The position numbers and the translations under genes are program-made. 64,000 bases of DNA from Bacteroidota bacterium (GTDB lineage: Bacteria; Bacteroidota; Bacteroidia; 2-12-FULL-35-15): positions 521,425 through 585,424 of the forward strand of contig CANNHN010000001.1 of NCBI GenBank assembly GCA_947504725.1. The letters run 5' to 3'. Positions within the stretch are counted from its first letter, which is position 1; every line of letters starts with the position of its first letter. Positions 18,498 through 27,348 of this stretch are shown in pieces. The notes below the pieces were generated by a model. That model did not search any database and was not told where the DNA came from. It was given only the letters and a program-made list of their open reading frames with translations.

Positions 18498-19574
18498 ATG
18501 GATTCAATTTTCAAAAATTTAAAAATAGTTGAATTGGCAAATGTTTTAGCTGGTCCTGCCGTAGGAATGTTTTTTGCTGAATTAGGCGCAGAAGTCGTTA
18601 AGGTTGAAAACAAATCAACCAATGGTGATGTAACTCGTAGTTGGAAACTTCCGTCTGAAAATCCAAAATCAAAAAGTTCTGCATATTATGCTTCTGTAAA
18701 CTGGAATAAAAAAACAATTTTTGCCGATTTGAAAAATGAAAAGGATAAAACAAAAATACTTTCATTGATAAAAAAAGCTGACATCGTAATTACAAATTAT
18801 AAAAAAGTAGATGATGTAAAACTTGGCATGGATTACAAAGCGTTAAAAAAAATAAATCCCAAATTAATCTATGCACACATTTCTGGTTTTGGAGAAGACA
18901 GCAGCAGAACGGCATTTGACATAGTTCTTCAAGCTGAAACAGGATTCATGTTTATGAATGGGACAAAAAATAGTGGTCCGATAAAAATGCCTGTTGCACT
19001 CATTGATATTATGGCTGCGCATCAATTAAAAGAAGGAGTATTAGTCGCATTATTAAAGAAAGCTCAAACAGGAAAAGGATCAAAAGTTTCTGTTTCACTG
19101 TACGATGCAGCCATTGCATCTTTAGCAAATCAGGCTACCAACTGGTTGATGGCTAAACACAATCCGCAACCAATAGGTTCATTGCATCCTAATATTGCTC
19201 CATACGGAGAGATTTTTTTCACCTCTGATAAGAAACAAATTGTATTAGCTATTGGCAATGATAAACAATTCAAGCAGCTGTGTTCTGTATTAAAAATAAT
19301 CACGATCCTTAAAAGTGATAGGTTTTCATCAAATAGTAATCGAGTAAAAAACAGAACTGCACTATTTGAAATTTTAAAAAAAGAAATTAAAAAACACCAT
19401 TCGAATACGTTAATGAATCAATTTATCAAAAAAGATGTACCAGTAGGAAGGATTCTTTCAGTTAAGGAGGTATTAAACAAGAAAATGATAAATTCAATGA
19501 AATTAAAGGAAAATGACAAATTTAATGGTAATTCAATTCGAGTAAAAACAGTCGCTTTTAACATAAATAACTGA
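18498..19574 (+). CDS. CoA-transferase family III (CaiB/BaiF) protein
   Basis: LKIVELANVLAGPAVGMFFAELGAEVVKVE is the family III N-terminal signature. The ORF-track N-terminal extension overlaps the tRNA, so the start is taken at MDSIF. Confidence 0.75.
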   Translation: MDSIFKNLKIVELANVLAGPAVGMFFAELGAEVVKVENKSTNGDVTRSWKLPSENPKSKSSAYYASVNWNKKTIFADLKNEKDKTKILSLIKKADIVITNYKKVDDVKLGMDYKALKKINPKLIYAHISGFGEDSSRTAFDIVLQAETGFMFMNGTKNSGPIKMPVALIDIMAAHQLKEGVLVALLKKAQTGKGSKVSVSLYDAAIASLANQATNWLMAKHNPQPIGSLHPNIAPYGEIFFTSDKKQIVLAIGNDKQFKQLCSVLKIITILKSDRFSSNSNRVKNRTALFEILKKEIKKHHSNTLMNQFIKKDVPVGRILSVKEVLNKKMINSMKLKENDKFNGNSIRVKTVAFNINN

Positions 19575-19635
19575 ATAACAACAAATTAGAACTCAGCCAT
19601 CAACCTTTATATTAGGTTTATAGAAATAAATTACT

Positions 19636-19643
19636 TAAATTTG
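19636..19643 (+). promoter_or_regulatory. -7 box TAaaTTTG upstream of OMP gene (a second TAttTTTG match at 19652-19659)
   Basis: TAnnTTTG consensus matches. Confidence 0.3.
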
Positions 19644-19667
19644 TGAATCTATTTTTGCAAAAAAACA

Positions 19668-20638
19668 TGTTAAAAAAGCTACTCATTTTTTTATTGATTA
19701 TTGCTCCTGTATTTGCATCAGCTCAATACAAAAACAGCAAAAAGAGAAATAGTGTTAGAACTGGAAGTTCTTTCACAAAAAGAAAAAAACCTCGCCCTGA
19801 ATTTATTATTGGTGTGGGTGCTTCTAACTTTTTAGGAGAACTTGGTGGAGCAAATCAAATCGGAACTTTCTTCGTTAGAGATTTAGAATTCAAAGCTACT
19901 CGCCCTTCAACTCAAATTGCTATTCGTTATAAATTCAGCAAACGATTTGCTGTTAAAGGTGGATATTACTACCAACTATTAAGTGGAAATGATAAACTTA
20001 CGAAAGAACCTTTTAGAAACAATCGTAACTTACATTTCAGATCAAGTATTCATGAAGTATCTGGACAATTTGAGTTCTTTTTTACTAAGGAACAGCAAGG
20101 TGCACGCTACAATATCAAAAACGCAAAAGGCATGAAAAATTATAATTTTCAAGCATACGGATTTGTAGGTGTTGGTGGAATTTATTTTAATCCACAGGCT
20201 AAATACAGAGGAGCATGGGTAAACCTGCAACCACTCGGAACTGAGGGACAAGGATTGGTTGATGGTCCAAAAAAATATTCTAGATTTACATTTGTTATTC
20301 CTTATGGAATTGGTGTTAAAAATGCAATAGACAAAGAATGGTCTGTTGGATTAGAAGTCGGAATCAGAAAAACATTTTCTGATTATATAGATGATGTTAG
20401 TGGTGTTTATTATGACAATGATGCATTAAGAGCAGCTCGTGGTGATATGGCGGCAGACTTAGCTGACCCATCATTGCTTAATATGCCTGAAGCATTGGGT
20501 GGGAATTCTATTGGTGGAATACAAAGTGCTAAAGGAGAAGTAAGAGGTCATAGCAATCACAAAGACGCTTATATGTTTTTAAATGTCACTATTTCCTATA
20601 AAATACCTGCTAAACGCAGAACACGTTCTAAATTCTAA
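19668..20638 (+). CDS. outer-membrane beta-barrel protein (porin-like, unknown family)
   Basis: Signal peptide MLKKLLIFLLIIAPVFASAQ. Alternating amphipathic strands and a C-terminal aromatic residue (...RSKF), as in OM beta-barrels. Confidence 0.5.
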
Positions 20639-21086
20639 TTATCTGAAAACACATATCACAATAAAAGAGCCTCAAACCCCTAAAGAGTTTGAGGCTTATT
20701 ATTTATTACGATATGAAATTCTTCGCAAACCATGGAATCAACCACCTGGTAGTGAAAAAGATGCGTATGAAGATTCTTCTATTCACATTATGGCATGCGA
20801 TCAAAATGATTCAATTATAGGAATTTGTCGATTACAATTAAATTCTCCAACTGAAACGCAGCTACGCTTTATGGGCGTAAAAGAAGACACACAGGGATTA
20901 GGAATTGGGAAGTTATTACTCGATTATTCAGAGAAAAAAGCGAAACATCTTGGTGCTAACAAACAAGTTTTACAGGCAAGAGAAAATGCGCTTGAATTTT
21001 ATAAAAAATGCGGATACACCTTAATAGAAAAAAGTTTTTTATTGTGGGATGAAATTCAACATTATCTGATGGAAAAAAAAATATAA
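20583..21086 (+). CDS. GNAT family N-acetyltransferase
   Basis: Motif A region VKEDTQGLGIGKLLL. The conserved N-terminus starts about ITIKEPQTPKEFEAYYLLRYEILRKPW. The ATG at 20583 overlaps the upstream gene by 56 nt, so the true start is uncertain (possibly non-ATG near 20655). Confidence 0.65.
   Translation: MSLFPIKYLLNAEHVLNSNYLKTHITIKEPQTPKEFEAYYLLRYEILRKPWNQPPGSEKDAYEDSSIHIMACDQNDSIIGICRLQLNSPTETQLRFMGVKEDTQGLGIGKLLLDYSEKKAKHLGANKQVLQARENALEFYKKCGYTLIEKSFLLWDEIQHYLMEKKI
20667..20708 (+). terminator. intrinsic terminator candidate after OMP gene (overlaps 5' end of GNAT ORF)
   Basis: a-gcctcaaac (20668-20677), loop ccctaaaga, gtttgaggc-t (20687-20696), then a T-rich run (tattatttatta). 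10-11-bp stem. Confidence 0.5.
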
Positions 21087-21089
21087 CAA

Positions 21090-22025
21090 TTGTCTAAAAA
21101 AACAAAAATAGGAATTCTTGGTATTGGTGCCGTAGGCGGTTACTTTGGCGGACTGCTTGCTGAAAAATATTTTAATTCAGAAAAAATTGAAATTATTTTT
21201 ATTGCTCGAGAAAATAGTTCAAAAATCATAAAAGAAAAAGGATTAAAAATCATTACACCTTCCGAAGAAAAAATTGTTTTCCCTCATTTAGTTAGTCATA
21301 ATGCGGAAGATGTCGGACAATTGGATTATTTAATTTGTTGTGTAAAAAGTTATGATTTAGAAGAGAGTTTGGTTCAAATAAAAAATTGCATCCACCAAAA
21401 CACAATTATATTACCATTATTAAATGGGGTAAACGCTAAAGAAATTATTCATTCCTTTTTACCATCAGCAACTGTTTGGGATGGATGTGTTTATATTATT
21501 TCAAGATTAACAGAACCTGGCGTTGTATCGGAAGGTGGAAAAATTCACTCATTCTATTTTGGTTCTGAAAATACGGATGAGAGATTAAACGAATTTTATT
21601 CTATTTTGATAAATGCAGGTATAGATATACATCTATCAGAAAATATTTCTCAAACAATTTGGGAGAAATTTGTTTTTATTTCTGTAGTTGCAACGCTTAC
21701 TAGCTATTTAAATTTACCTATTGGTCCTATTTTAGAAAATGAAGACCATAGGAAATTAGCACACAAGCTCCTTTTAGAGATTACCGCTGTCGCAAAAGCT
21801 AAAAAGATAGACTTACCAAATACAATTATAGAAAAAACATTTGCTACAATGGAGCGTATGCCTTTTGAAACAACATCCTCCATGCATAGTGATTTTAAAA
21901 ATGGTAAAAAAACAGAATATCATTCCCTTACAGAATACGTAGTAAAATTGGGAAAAGAATTGAATATTAAAACTCCCGAGTACGAAATTATTTTAGAAGC
22001 ATTAAAAGCTACATCTTCCCGCTGA
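21090..22025 (+). CDS. panE: 2-dehydropantoate 2-reductase (ketopantoate reductase)
   Basis: N-terminal IGILGIGAVGGYFGGLLA Rossmann motif and the family length (311 aa). Confidence 0.7.
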   Translation: MSKKTKIGILGIGAVGGYFGGLLAEKYFNSEKIEIIFIARENSSKIIKEKGLKIITPSEEKIVFPHLVSHNAEDVGQLDYLICCVKSYDLEESLVQIKNCIHQNTIILPLLNGVNAKEIIHSFLPSATVWDGCVYIISRLTEPGVVSEGGKIHSFYFGSENTDERLNEFYSILINAGIDIHLSENISQTIWEKFVFISVVATLTSYLNLPIGPILENEDHRKLAHKLLLEITAVAKAKKIDLPNTIIEKTFATMERMPFETTSSMHSDFKNGKKTEYHSLTEYVVKLGKELNIKTPEYEIILEALKATSSR

Positions 22026-22554
22026 CAAACTTATACAAAGCCTTTGCATCTGCTTCATTCAATTGAATTCCAAATTTTATGTCTTTGCCATAATAATCAA
22101 AAGCAAGCTTCTCCCCTGCTATCACCCAATAAGAGTTGTTTAAATTTTCAAAAAAAGAATTTTCTTGCTTTTCTATAATCCTAAAGTCTTTTATGAAATC
22201 AAATTCGTAAACATTTATCTTGCCTTTTCCACGAACATCTTTTTTGTAAAATAATTTACGTTCCTGCAATCTAATTTTCTCAAAACCAAAACTCCTCCAC
22301 ATTACTGCCTTAAACGTTTTATATTCAAAATACCCCCAAAACCCTAACCAAACCAAAACAGCTACTCGAGTTTGTTCATCTGCAATGGTAAAGTATTGAG
22401 TTAATACAATAATCCCACTCACCGACCATAAAATAAACCAAACAAGTAGTAATCTTTTTTTAACAACATCGACTGTCGAAAGGATAACGATACTTATTTC
22501 GTTTTCAACTCGCTTAATACTTATTCTTTCACCAATGTATTCCATACTTAACAA
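22009..22554 (-). CDS. hypothetical membrane protein
   Basis: Two predicted TM helices near the N-terminus. No recognisable motif. Confidence 0.4.
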   Translation of the reverse strand: MLSMEYIGERISIKRVENEISIVILSTVDVVKKRLLLVWFILWSVSGIIVLTQYFTIADEQTRVAVLVWLGFWGYFEYKTFKAVMWRSFGFEKIRLQERKLFYKKDVRGKGKINVYEFDFIKDFRIIEKQENSFFENLNNSYWVIAGEKLAFDYYGKDIKFGIQLNEADAKALYKFVSGKM

Positions 22555-22586
22555 ATTAAATTATAAACAAAATTATCAATTAATTC

Positions 22587-22594
22587 TATATTTG
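22587..22594 (+). promoter_or_regulatory. -7 box TAtaTTTG upstream of KirBac-like gene
   Basis: TAnnTTTG match 59 nt upstream of the ATG at 22653. A divergent TAatTTTG on the minus strand (22568-22575) sits upstream of the gene at 22554. Confidence 0.3.
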
Positions 22595-22652
22595 TTGAAC
22601 TAAACAAATGAATTATTAACTTGTTAGGTAAAGACAATATATTACAACTAGT

Positions 22653-23588
22653 ATGGCTAAAAAAACAGAAAATAAAGAATTAGGATTTGGAACAAAAACG
22701 TCAACTCAAAAATCCAGATTAATCAATAAAGATGGATCCTTTAATGTTGAGCGAACAGAAATTTCTAAATGGAATTCTATCAGTATGTATCACGCACTTG
22801 TGAGCATGCCATGGCGCAAATTCAACATGATTGTTTTTATTTATTTTATGGCGATTAATTTATTTTTTGCCACATTATATTATTTCACTGGCATAAACGG
22901 ATTAAACGGAATAGAAGCAACAACTGAAGGAGGGAAATTTCTCGAAGGCTTTTTCTTTAGTACACAAACCTTTAGCACTGTTGGATTTGGCAGAATTAGT
23001 CCGATGAGCAATCTATCTAGTTCCATTGCTGCAGTTGAATCATTAGTAGGTTTATTAGGATTTGCATTAGCCACAGGTTTGCTTTATGGCCGATTTTCAA
23101 GACCTGTTGCTCGTATTATGTTTAGTGAAAATTGCATTATAGCTCCTTTTAAAGAAGGCAAAGCATTTCAATTTCGTTTAGCTAACAAAATGCGTAATAG
23201 CCAAATCACTGATATGAGTTGCAGAATTACTGTAGCATTGTTAGAAAATGAAAACGGAGTAATGATTAGGAGATTTAGACCTTTAGAATTAGAAGTAAAA
23301 AATATTATTTTCTTCCCCATGACTTGGACAATTAACCACCCAATTGATGAAAACAGTCCTTTGTTTGGAATGAATGAAAAAGATATGAAAGAAGCGGATT
23401 TAGAATTTATGATTTCATTAAATGGATTTGATGACACCTTTTCTCAAAACGTTGCCACGCGCTACTCCTATACACACGAAGAATTAATATACGGAGCAAA
23501 ATGGATTAGTGTTTTCGGCACTAATAAAAACGGGCAAACATCTCAAGATCTTAATAAACTTAGCGTTTATGAAAAATACGCGTTTTAG
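22653..23588 (+). CDS. inward-rectifier-type potassium channel (KirBac-like) with GFG selectivity filter
   Basis: Kir N-terminal pattern KDGSFNVERTEI...MPWRKFNMIVFIYFMAINLFFATLYYF (slide helix plus TM1). Pore segment FFFSTQTFSTVGFGRISP (Kir FxxxETQTTIGYG-like). C-terminal Kir cytoplasmic beta-domain-like region. Confidence 0.7.
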   Translation: MAKKTENKELGFGTKTSTQKSRLINKDGSFNVERTEISKWNSISMYHALVSMPWRKFNMIVFIYFMAINLFFATLYYFTGINGLNGIEATTEGGKFLEGFFFSTQTFSTVGFGRISPMSNLSSSIAAVESLVGLLGFALATGLLYGRFSRPVARIMFSENCIIAPFKEGKAFQFRLANKMRNSQITDMSCRITVALLENENGVMIRRFRPLELEVKNIIFFPMTWTINHPIDENSPLFGMNEKDMKEADLEFMISLNGFDDTFSQNVATRYSYTHEELIYGAKWISVFGTNKNGQTSQDLNKLSVYEKYAF

Positions 23589-25777
23589 TTTTTAATTAAT
23601 TTCCGAACTTCCACTTTATCTTTTGCTATAAATCGAATAAAGTAAACTCCACTAGATATAGAGGTGATATCCATTTCTAAAGTACTACCAGAATTGATAT
23701 TTAGCTTTTGGGAATACACTTCTTTTCCATTTACATCAAAAATAAGAATTGTTACGGATTCGTTTTCATGACCGTAAAACTTCACTCCCATAGTATTTCC
23801 AGCTGGTTGAGGATAAATCGTTTCTACTAAATTTACAGTATTTAATTGATTAGGGACACCTGTAGTAATAACACAAGGAGCTGTACAAAATTTGGAAAGC
23901 ATTCTCACGTATGCTGCCTGAGTGTATATTCCAGCTTCAGAAATAGTCCAAGAATTCACTGGCCAACTCGTATTAAAATCTTTCCACGATTTTTGTATCG
24001 GCTGATTTTTGGGTGGGTCTAAACTTTCGGCAACACACATTGCATTGTTGGCAGCACTACCACAACCACTCGGACAACAAGCATCCCAATCATAAGAAGG
24101 ATTTACACCACCAGGAATAAATCCTGGTGCGGGTCCGTAAGTTGAAACGCCTACTTCATCCCACAATGCACTTCCATCATGAAACCAACCATGATAAAAT
24201 GAAGTCACAGAATTTTCTGCTCCAAATTTCGACATGTTGCTTAAATATGTTTTTGAATTCGGATTTACTCCGTGAAAATAATGTACAAATCCTGAAGCAG
24301 CATTCGCATAGTTTGTAGCATTGGGCGCATCAAAATTATATCTATTCATAGCCAAAAACATATTTCCTTGTCTGGATTTTGTTTGATTGCTATTCCAAGT
24401 ATAATTGCCATCATTTAAATGTGCACGATAAGCATCTGTGCTATTTGTATATGCTGGAAGATTATCAGCATTCCAAGTGCTCAATGAATTACTATATGCA
24501 CTAATGATTGCATTTCGAACAGTAACCGTTGCGCCAGGTAAAGCGGCATAATATAAACACATATCTTGTTCGGGTCCTTCGAAAGGATAAGCAAAAGTCC
24601 ACATCAATAAATGAATGTTGTTATAATTTGCATCAACAAAAGATTTATAAGTGGCAACTCCCGTTAATGAATATAAGTAGGTCGCTGCTGCAAATTTTCG
24701 GCAAAGTCTACCGTAATTATCTACCTCTTGTTCACCAGCTGCTAAAACACCCGCATTGTAAAACAACACGCTTGGATTTGCATCTGCCCAATTCCAAGCA
24801 TTTATCGCAGCAGTTTGTAAGGTTGTTCCATAAGTGATCATGCCAATTGCATTGTATTGTTTGGCAGCTAATGCAAATATTCCCGCGGCAGATAATGTTG
24901 CTGAAGTATTTGCCGGTCCATATCTTCTAACTGCTCCATCAGCGGAAGGCGGACTAGCACCTCCACCTCCTACAATACTCAAAACAGAACCATCTGAATT
25001 TTGCATTTTTAAAAGCCAATCCAATTCAAATTTTGTTTCATCTAAAATATCTGGAATACCATTTCCTGATTCTGGAATAATGTAATTATCGGCCCAAACA
25101 CTTGGTTTTTCCTCATAAGCCAATAGCATATCAAGCATTGTTCCCCATGTAAAGTTTACATACTTATTGTAATCACCCGCATCGTACCAGCCACCAGATA
25201 AATTTTTAGAAGTACCCACAGTTGGCGAAGAATATAATCGACAATCTAAATCTTGTTGCGTTCCTAGATGACTTGCTCCGTCTACATAACCAGTATCTAC
25301 AAACGGGTAAGATTTTGCAAAACCACATCGTTGGTAATAAAACATTCGCATAGCTACTTTAAGCACATCATTATAAACACAATCATTTATATCAAAACGA
25401 TAAGAACCTACATTGTTTGTTGGATCATAAACATAATAACTTCCAGGAGTTACTACAGATGAAAAATCGAACCAAAAAACAATATCTCCTGATTGAGATT
25501 GAGTTGCGCCTCCATTCCACGATGTTGTAGAGCCAGAAAAAACAACTGCATCGGTCGTCCAATTGCGGATTTGGTAGGTAGCTCCGGGAGAAAACGAAAG
25601 TGCTGAATTATAACCAATTTGAGGATCGCTGATAACTGCAATTTTTTGATCCGTTGTTTTATAACCAAACTGGTCAATTTTTATAAATTGAGTAATTGTT
25701 GTTGGAATCGCTTGAGCAATTATTGCGCAAACGATTAAGAAAACAACTAAACTTATTTGTTTGAGATTTTTTTGCAT
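23585..25777 (-). CDS. glycoside hydrolase family 9 (endoglucanase-like) with N-terminal Ig-like domain and C-terminal T9SS sorting domain
   Basis: GH9 signature GGWYDAGDYNKY. The C-terminal about 80 aa match the T9SS type A CTD pattern (...GVYFIRFIAKDKVEVRKLIKN). The start is taken at MQKNLKQ (proper signal peptide) rather than the upstream TTG. Confidence 0.75.
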   Translation of the reverse strand: MQKNLKQISLVVFLIVCAIIAQAIPTTITQFIKIDQFGYKTTDQKIAVISDPQIGYNSALSFSPGATYQIRNWTTDAVVFSGSTTSWNGGATQSQSGDIVFWFDFSSVVTPGSYYVYDPTNNVGSYRFDINDCVYNDVLKVAMRMFYYQRCGFAKSYPFVDTGYVDGASHLGTQQDLDCRLYSSPTVGTSKNLSGGWYDAGDYNKYVNFTWGTMLDMLLAYEEKPSVWADNYIIPESGNGIPDILDETKFELDWLLKMQNSDGSVLSIVGGGGASPPSADGAVRRYGPANTSATLSAAGIFALAAKQYNAIGMITYGTTLQTAAINAWNWADANPSVLFYNAGVLAAGEQEVDNYGRLCRKFAAATYLYSLTGVATYKSFVDANYNNIHLLMWTFAYPFEGPEQDMCLYYAALPGATVTVRNAIISAYSNSLSTWNADNLPAYTNSTDAYRAHLNDGNYTWNSNQTKSRQGNMFLAMNRYNFDAPNATNYANAASGFVHYFHGVNPNSKTYLSNMSKFGAENSVTSFYHGWFHDGSALWDEVGVSTYGPAPGFIPGGVNPSYDWDACCPSGCGSAANNAMCVAESLDPPKNQPIQKSWKDFNTSWPVNSWTISEAGIYTQAAYVRMLSKFCTAPCVITTGVPNQLNTVNLVETIYPQPAGNTMGVKFYGHENESVTILIFDVNGKEVYSQKLNINSGSTLEMDITSISSGVYFIRFIAKDKVEVRKLIKN

Positions 25778-25834
25778 GGTAGTTTTAGGTATAGTATCAA
25801 AAATAGACCAAATATGCTTCAATCCAAAAAAATG

Positions 25835-25867
25835 AAACCAAGAATTTAGATTTTAAATTCTTGGTTT
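25835..25867 (-). terminator. 14-bp perfect hairpin with downstream T-run on minus strand (terminator for L,D-transpeptidase gene)
   Basis: aaaccaagaattta (25835-25848), loop gattt, taaattcttggttt (25854-25867). On the minus strand it is followed by TTTTTTT (plus 25826-25832). Confidence 0.45.
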
Positions 25868-26103
25868 CTGTATTACTAACTTTTACCTAAGCTTTATTCA
25901 TCAAGCTACAATAGCTATAACAACTTTAGAGAAGATGACAATTGAAATTTTCTTTATCCTTTTCATTTGAGAGAGATTTTTATTTTATCAAACATAACTC
26001 ACAAAGGAAGCGAATGCAAACACAAAAAAGTACATTATTTGAAGTCGAAAGGCAACCAATCCTCTAGAAATGCATATTTAAAAGGAAAAGATGATTATTA
26101 AGA

Positions 26104-26841
26104 TTATTTTTCAGGAAACACATATTTCCCAGTTTTATCTACCGAAAATTTAGGCAATTGCCTTTTTTGTTCAAAATAATCATACCCGATTTTAATATTT
26201 TTCCAAAAATCAAGCTGTTTTGAATTTGTCACTGATAAAAAAGCTATTCCCTTCGCATCCATTTTAGTAGGAAAAATGTGAACTGGAATCGTTTGTTGCC
26301 CGTTATTACGAGCCTCCACACATAGAACATAAACTTCTTTAATATATGTATCTGTTAAAGGCATACAACCAATCGTAACGCAACTGCCATGAATCATGAT
26401 ATCACCACCTAAGTTTCCTTTTCCAATGATTTTATCGCTTGCATTCGGATAATTTATCCCCAACGATAAATGGTAACTACTATAAGGATTAAACACGGCA
26501 ACCGTGTAAAACCCTTCAGGAACTTGCCCGTCCCCCTGTTGTCTTTTGGGACCCAATTCTCCCGATGATGCACAAATGGCATACGTTTTAAAAAGCTTAT
26601 ACTCCGCTTCTCCTGCCGACTTTAGCCACACCTCAACAAGTTTGTCTTCTTTGAAAACCCTCATAAACAATTCGAAGTTTTCTTTTATTCCCTTTTTCTT
26701 TATGTCGCTTTTAAGCTCATCCCACTTTTCTGCATAGGCCGCTTTTACACGACTAGCTTTTTGCTGTGTTGCTTTGAAAGTTTGCCCCAAAACTCCTGTT
26801 GTTATTAGCAGAGCAATGGCAAAAGAGACGAATTTCGACAT
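26104..26841 (-). CDS. L,D-transpeptidase family protein (YkuD-like)
   Basis: Catalytic motif IMIHGSCVTIGCMPL (HG...S.GC). Signal peptide present. Confidence 0.65.
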   Translation of the reverse strand: MSKFVSFAIALLITTGVLGQTFKATQQKASRVKAAYAEKWDELKSDIKKKGIKENFELFMRVFKEDKLVEVWLKSAGEAEYKLFKTYAICASSGELGPKRQQGDGQVPEGFYTVAVFNPYSSYHLSLGINYPNASDKIIGKGNLGGDIMIHGSCVTIGCMPLTDTYIKEVYVLCVEARNNGQQTIPVHIFPTKMDAKGIAFLSVTNSKQLDFWKNIKIGYDYFEQKRQLPKFSVDKTGKYVFPEK

Positions 26842-26902
26842 ATTGTTAATTTTTTAGTTGATAACGTGTTTCCGGTAGGCAATATTTCGGCCAAAAACAC
26901 AT

Positions 26903-26910
26903 TATTTTTG
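26903..26910 (+). promoter_or_regulatory. -7 box TAttTTTG upstream of FtsB-like gene
   Basis: TAnnTTTG match 19 nt upstream of the ATG at 26929. Confidence 0.3.
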
Positions 26911-26928
26911 TCTAAATTAATCATAGAA

Positions 26929-27228
26929 ATGAAGAATATCACATCTGTCTTGAAAAATAAATACTTGATAACTGTTATTGTATTAACAGTTTGGGTTATC
27001 TTTTTCGATAAAAACGATTTAAAAACACAGTTGGAACTAAGAGCTGAAGTTCAAAAGTTAGAAGAAGAAAGAAGCTACTTTGCAAAAGAAATCAATAGCA
27101 TTACATCAACCATAAAGGAATTATATACGAATCCAAAAACGTTGGAAAAATTTGCTCGAGAAGAATACTTAATGAAACGAGACAATGAAGATATATTTGT
27201 AATAGTAGAAGGCGAAAAAGAACTATAA
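26929..27228 (+). CDS. septum formation initiator family protein (FtsB/DivIC-like)
   Basis: Single N-terminal TM helix followed by a coiled coil (LELRAEVQKLEEERSYFAKEI). About 100 aa. Confidence 0.55.
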   Translation: MKNITSVLKNKYLITVIVLTVWVIFFDKNDLKTQLELRAEVQKLEEERSYFAKEINSITSTIKELYTNPKTLEKFAREEYLMKRDNEDIFVIVEGEKEL

Positions 27229-27348
27229 ACTGTTTAAGCTTCTTACAAATAGATTTTGTAAATCGAAATTAAAAAAATTGCTAGGGCACCTAATACAATT
27301 GTTCCAAACAATACGGTGCTAATTTTTATTCTCATAACGGAGTAGTTA

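Noticed and set aside
18340-18500. tRNA-associated integration site or genomic island
   Set aside because: No integrase, excisionase, direct repeat of the tRNA 3' end, or compositional shift is seen. Flanking genes are ordinary metabolic genes.
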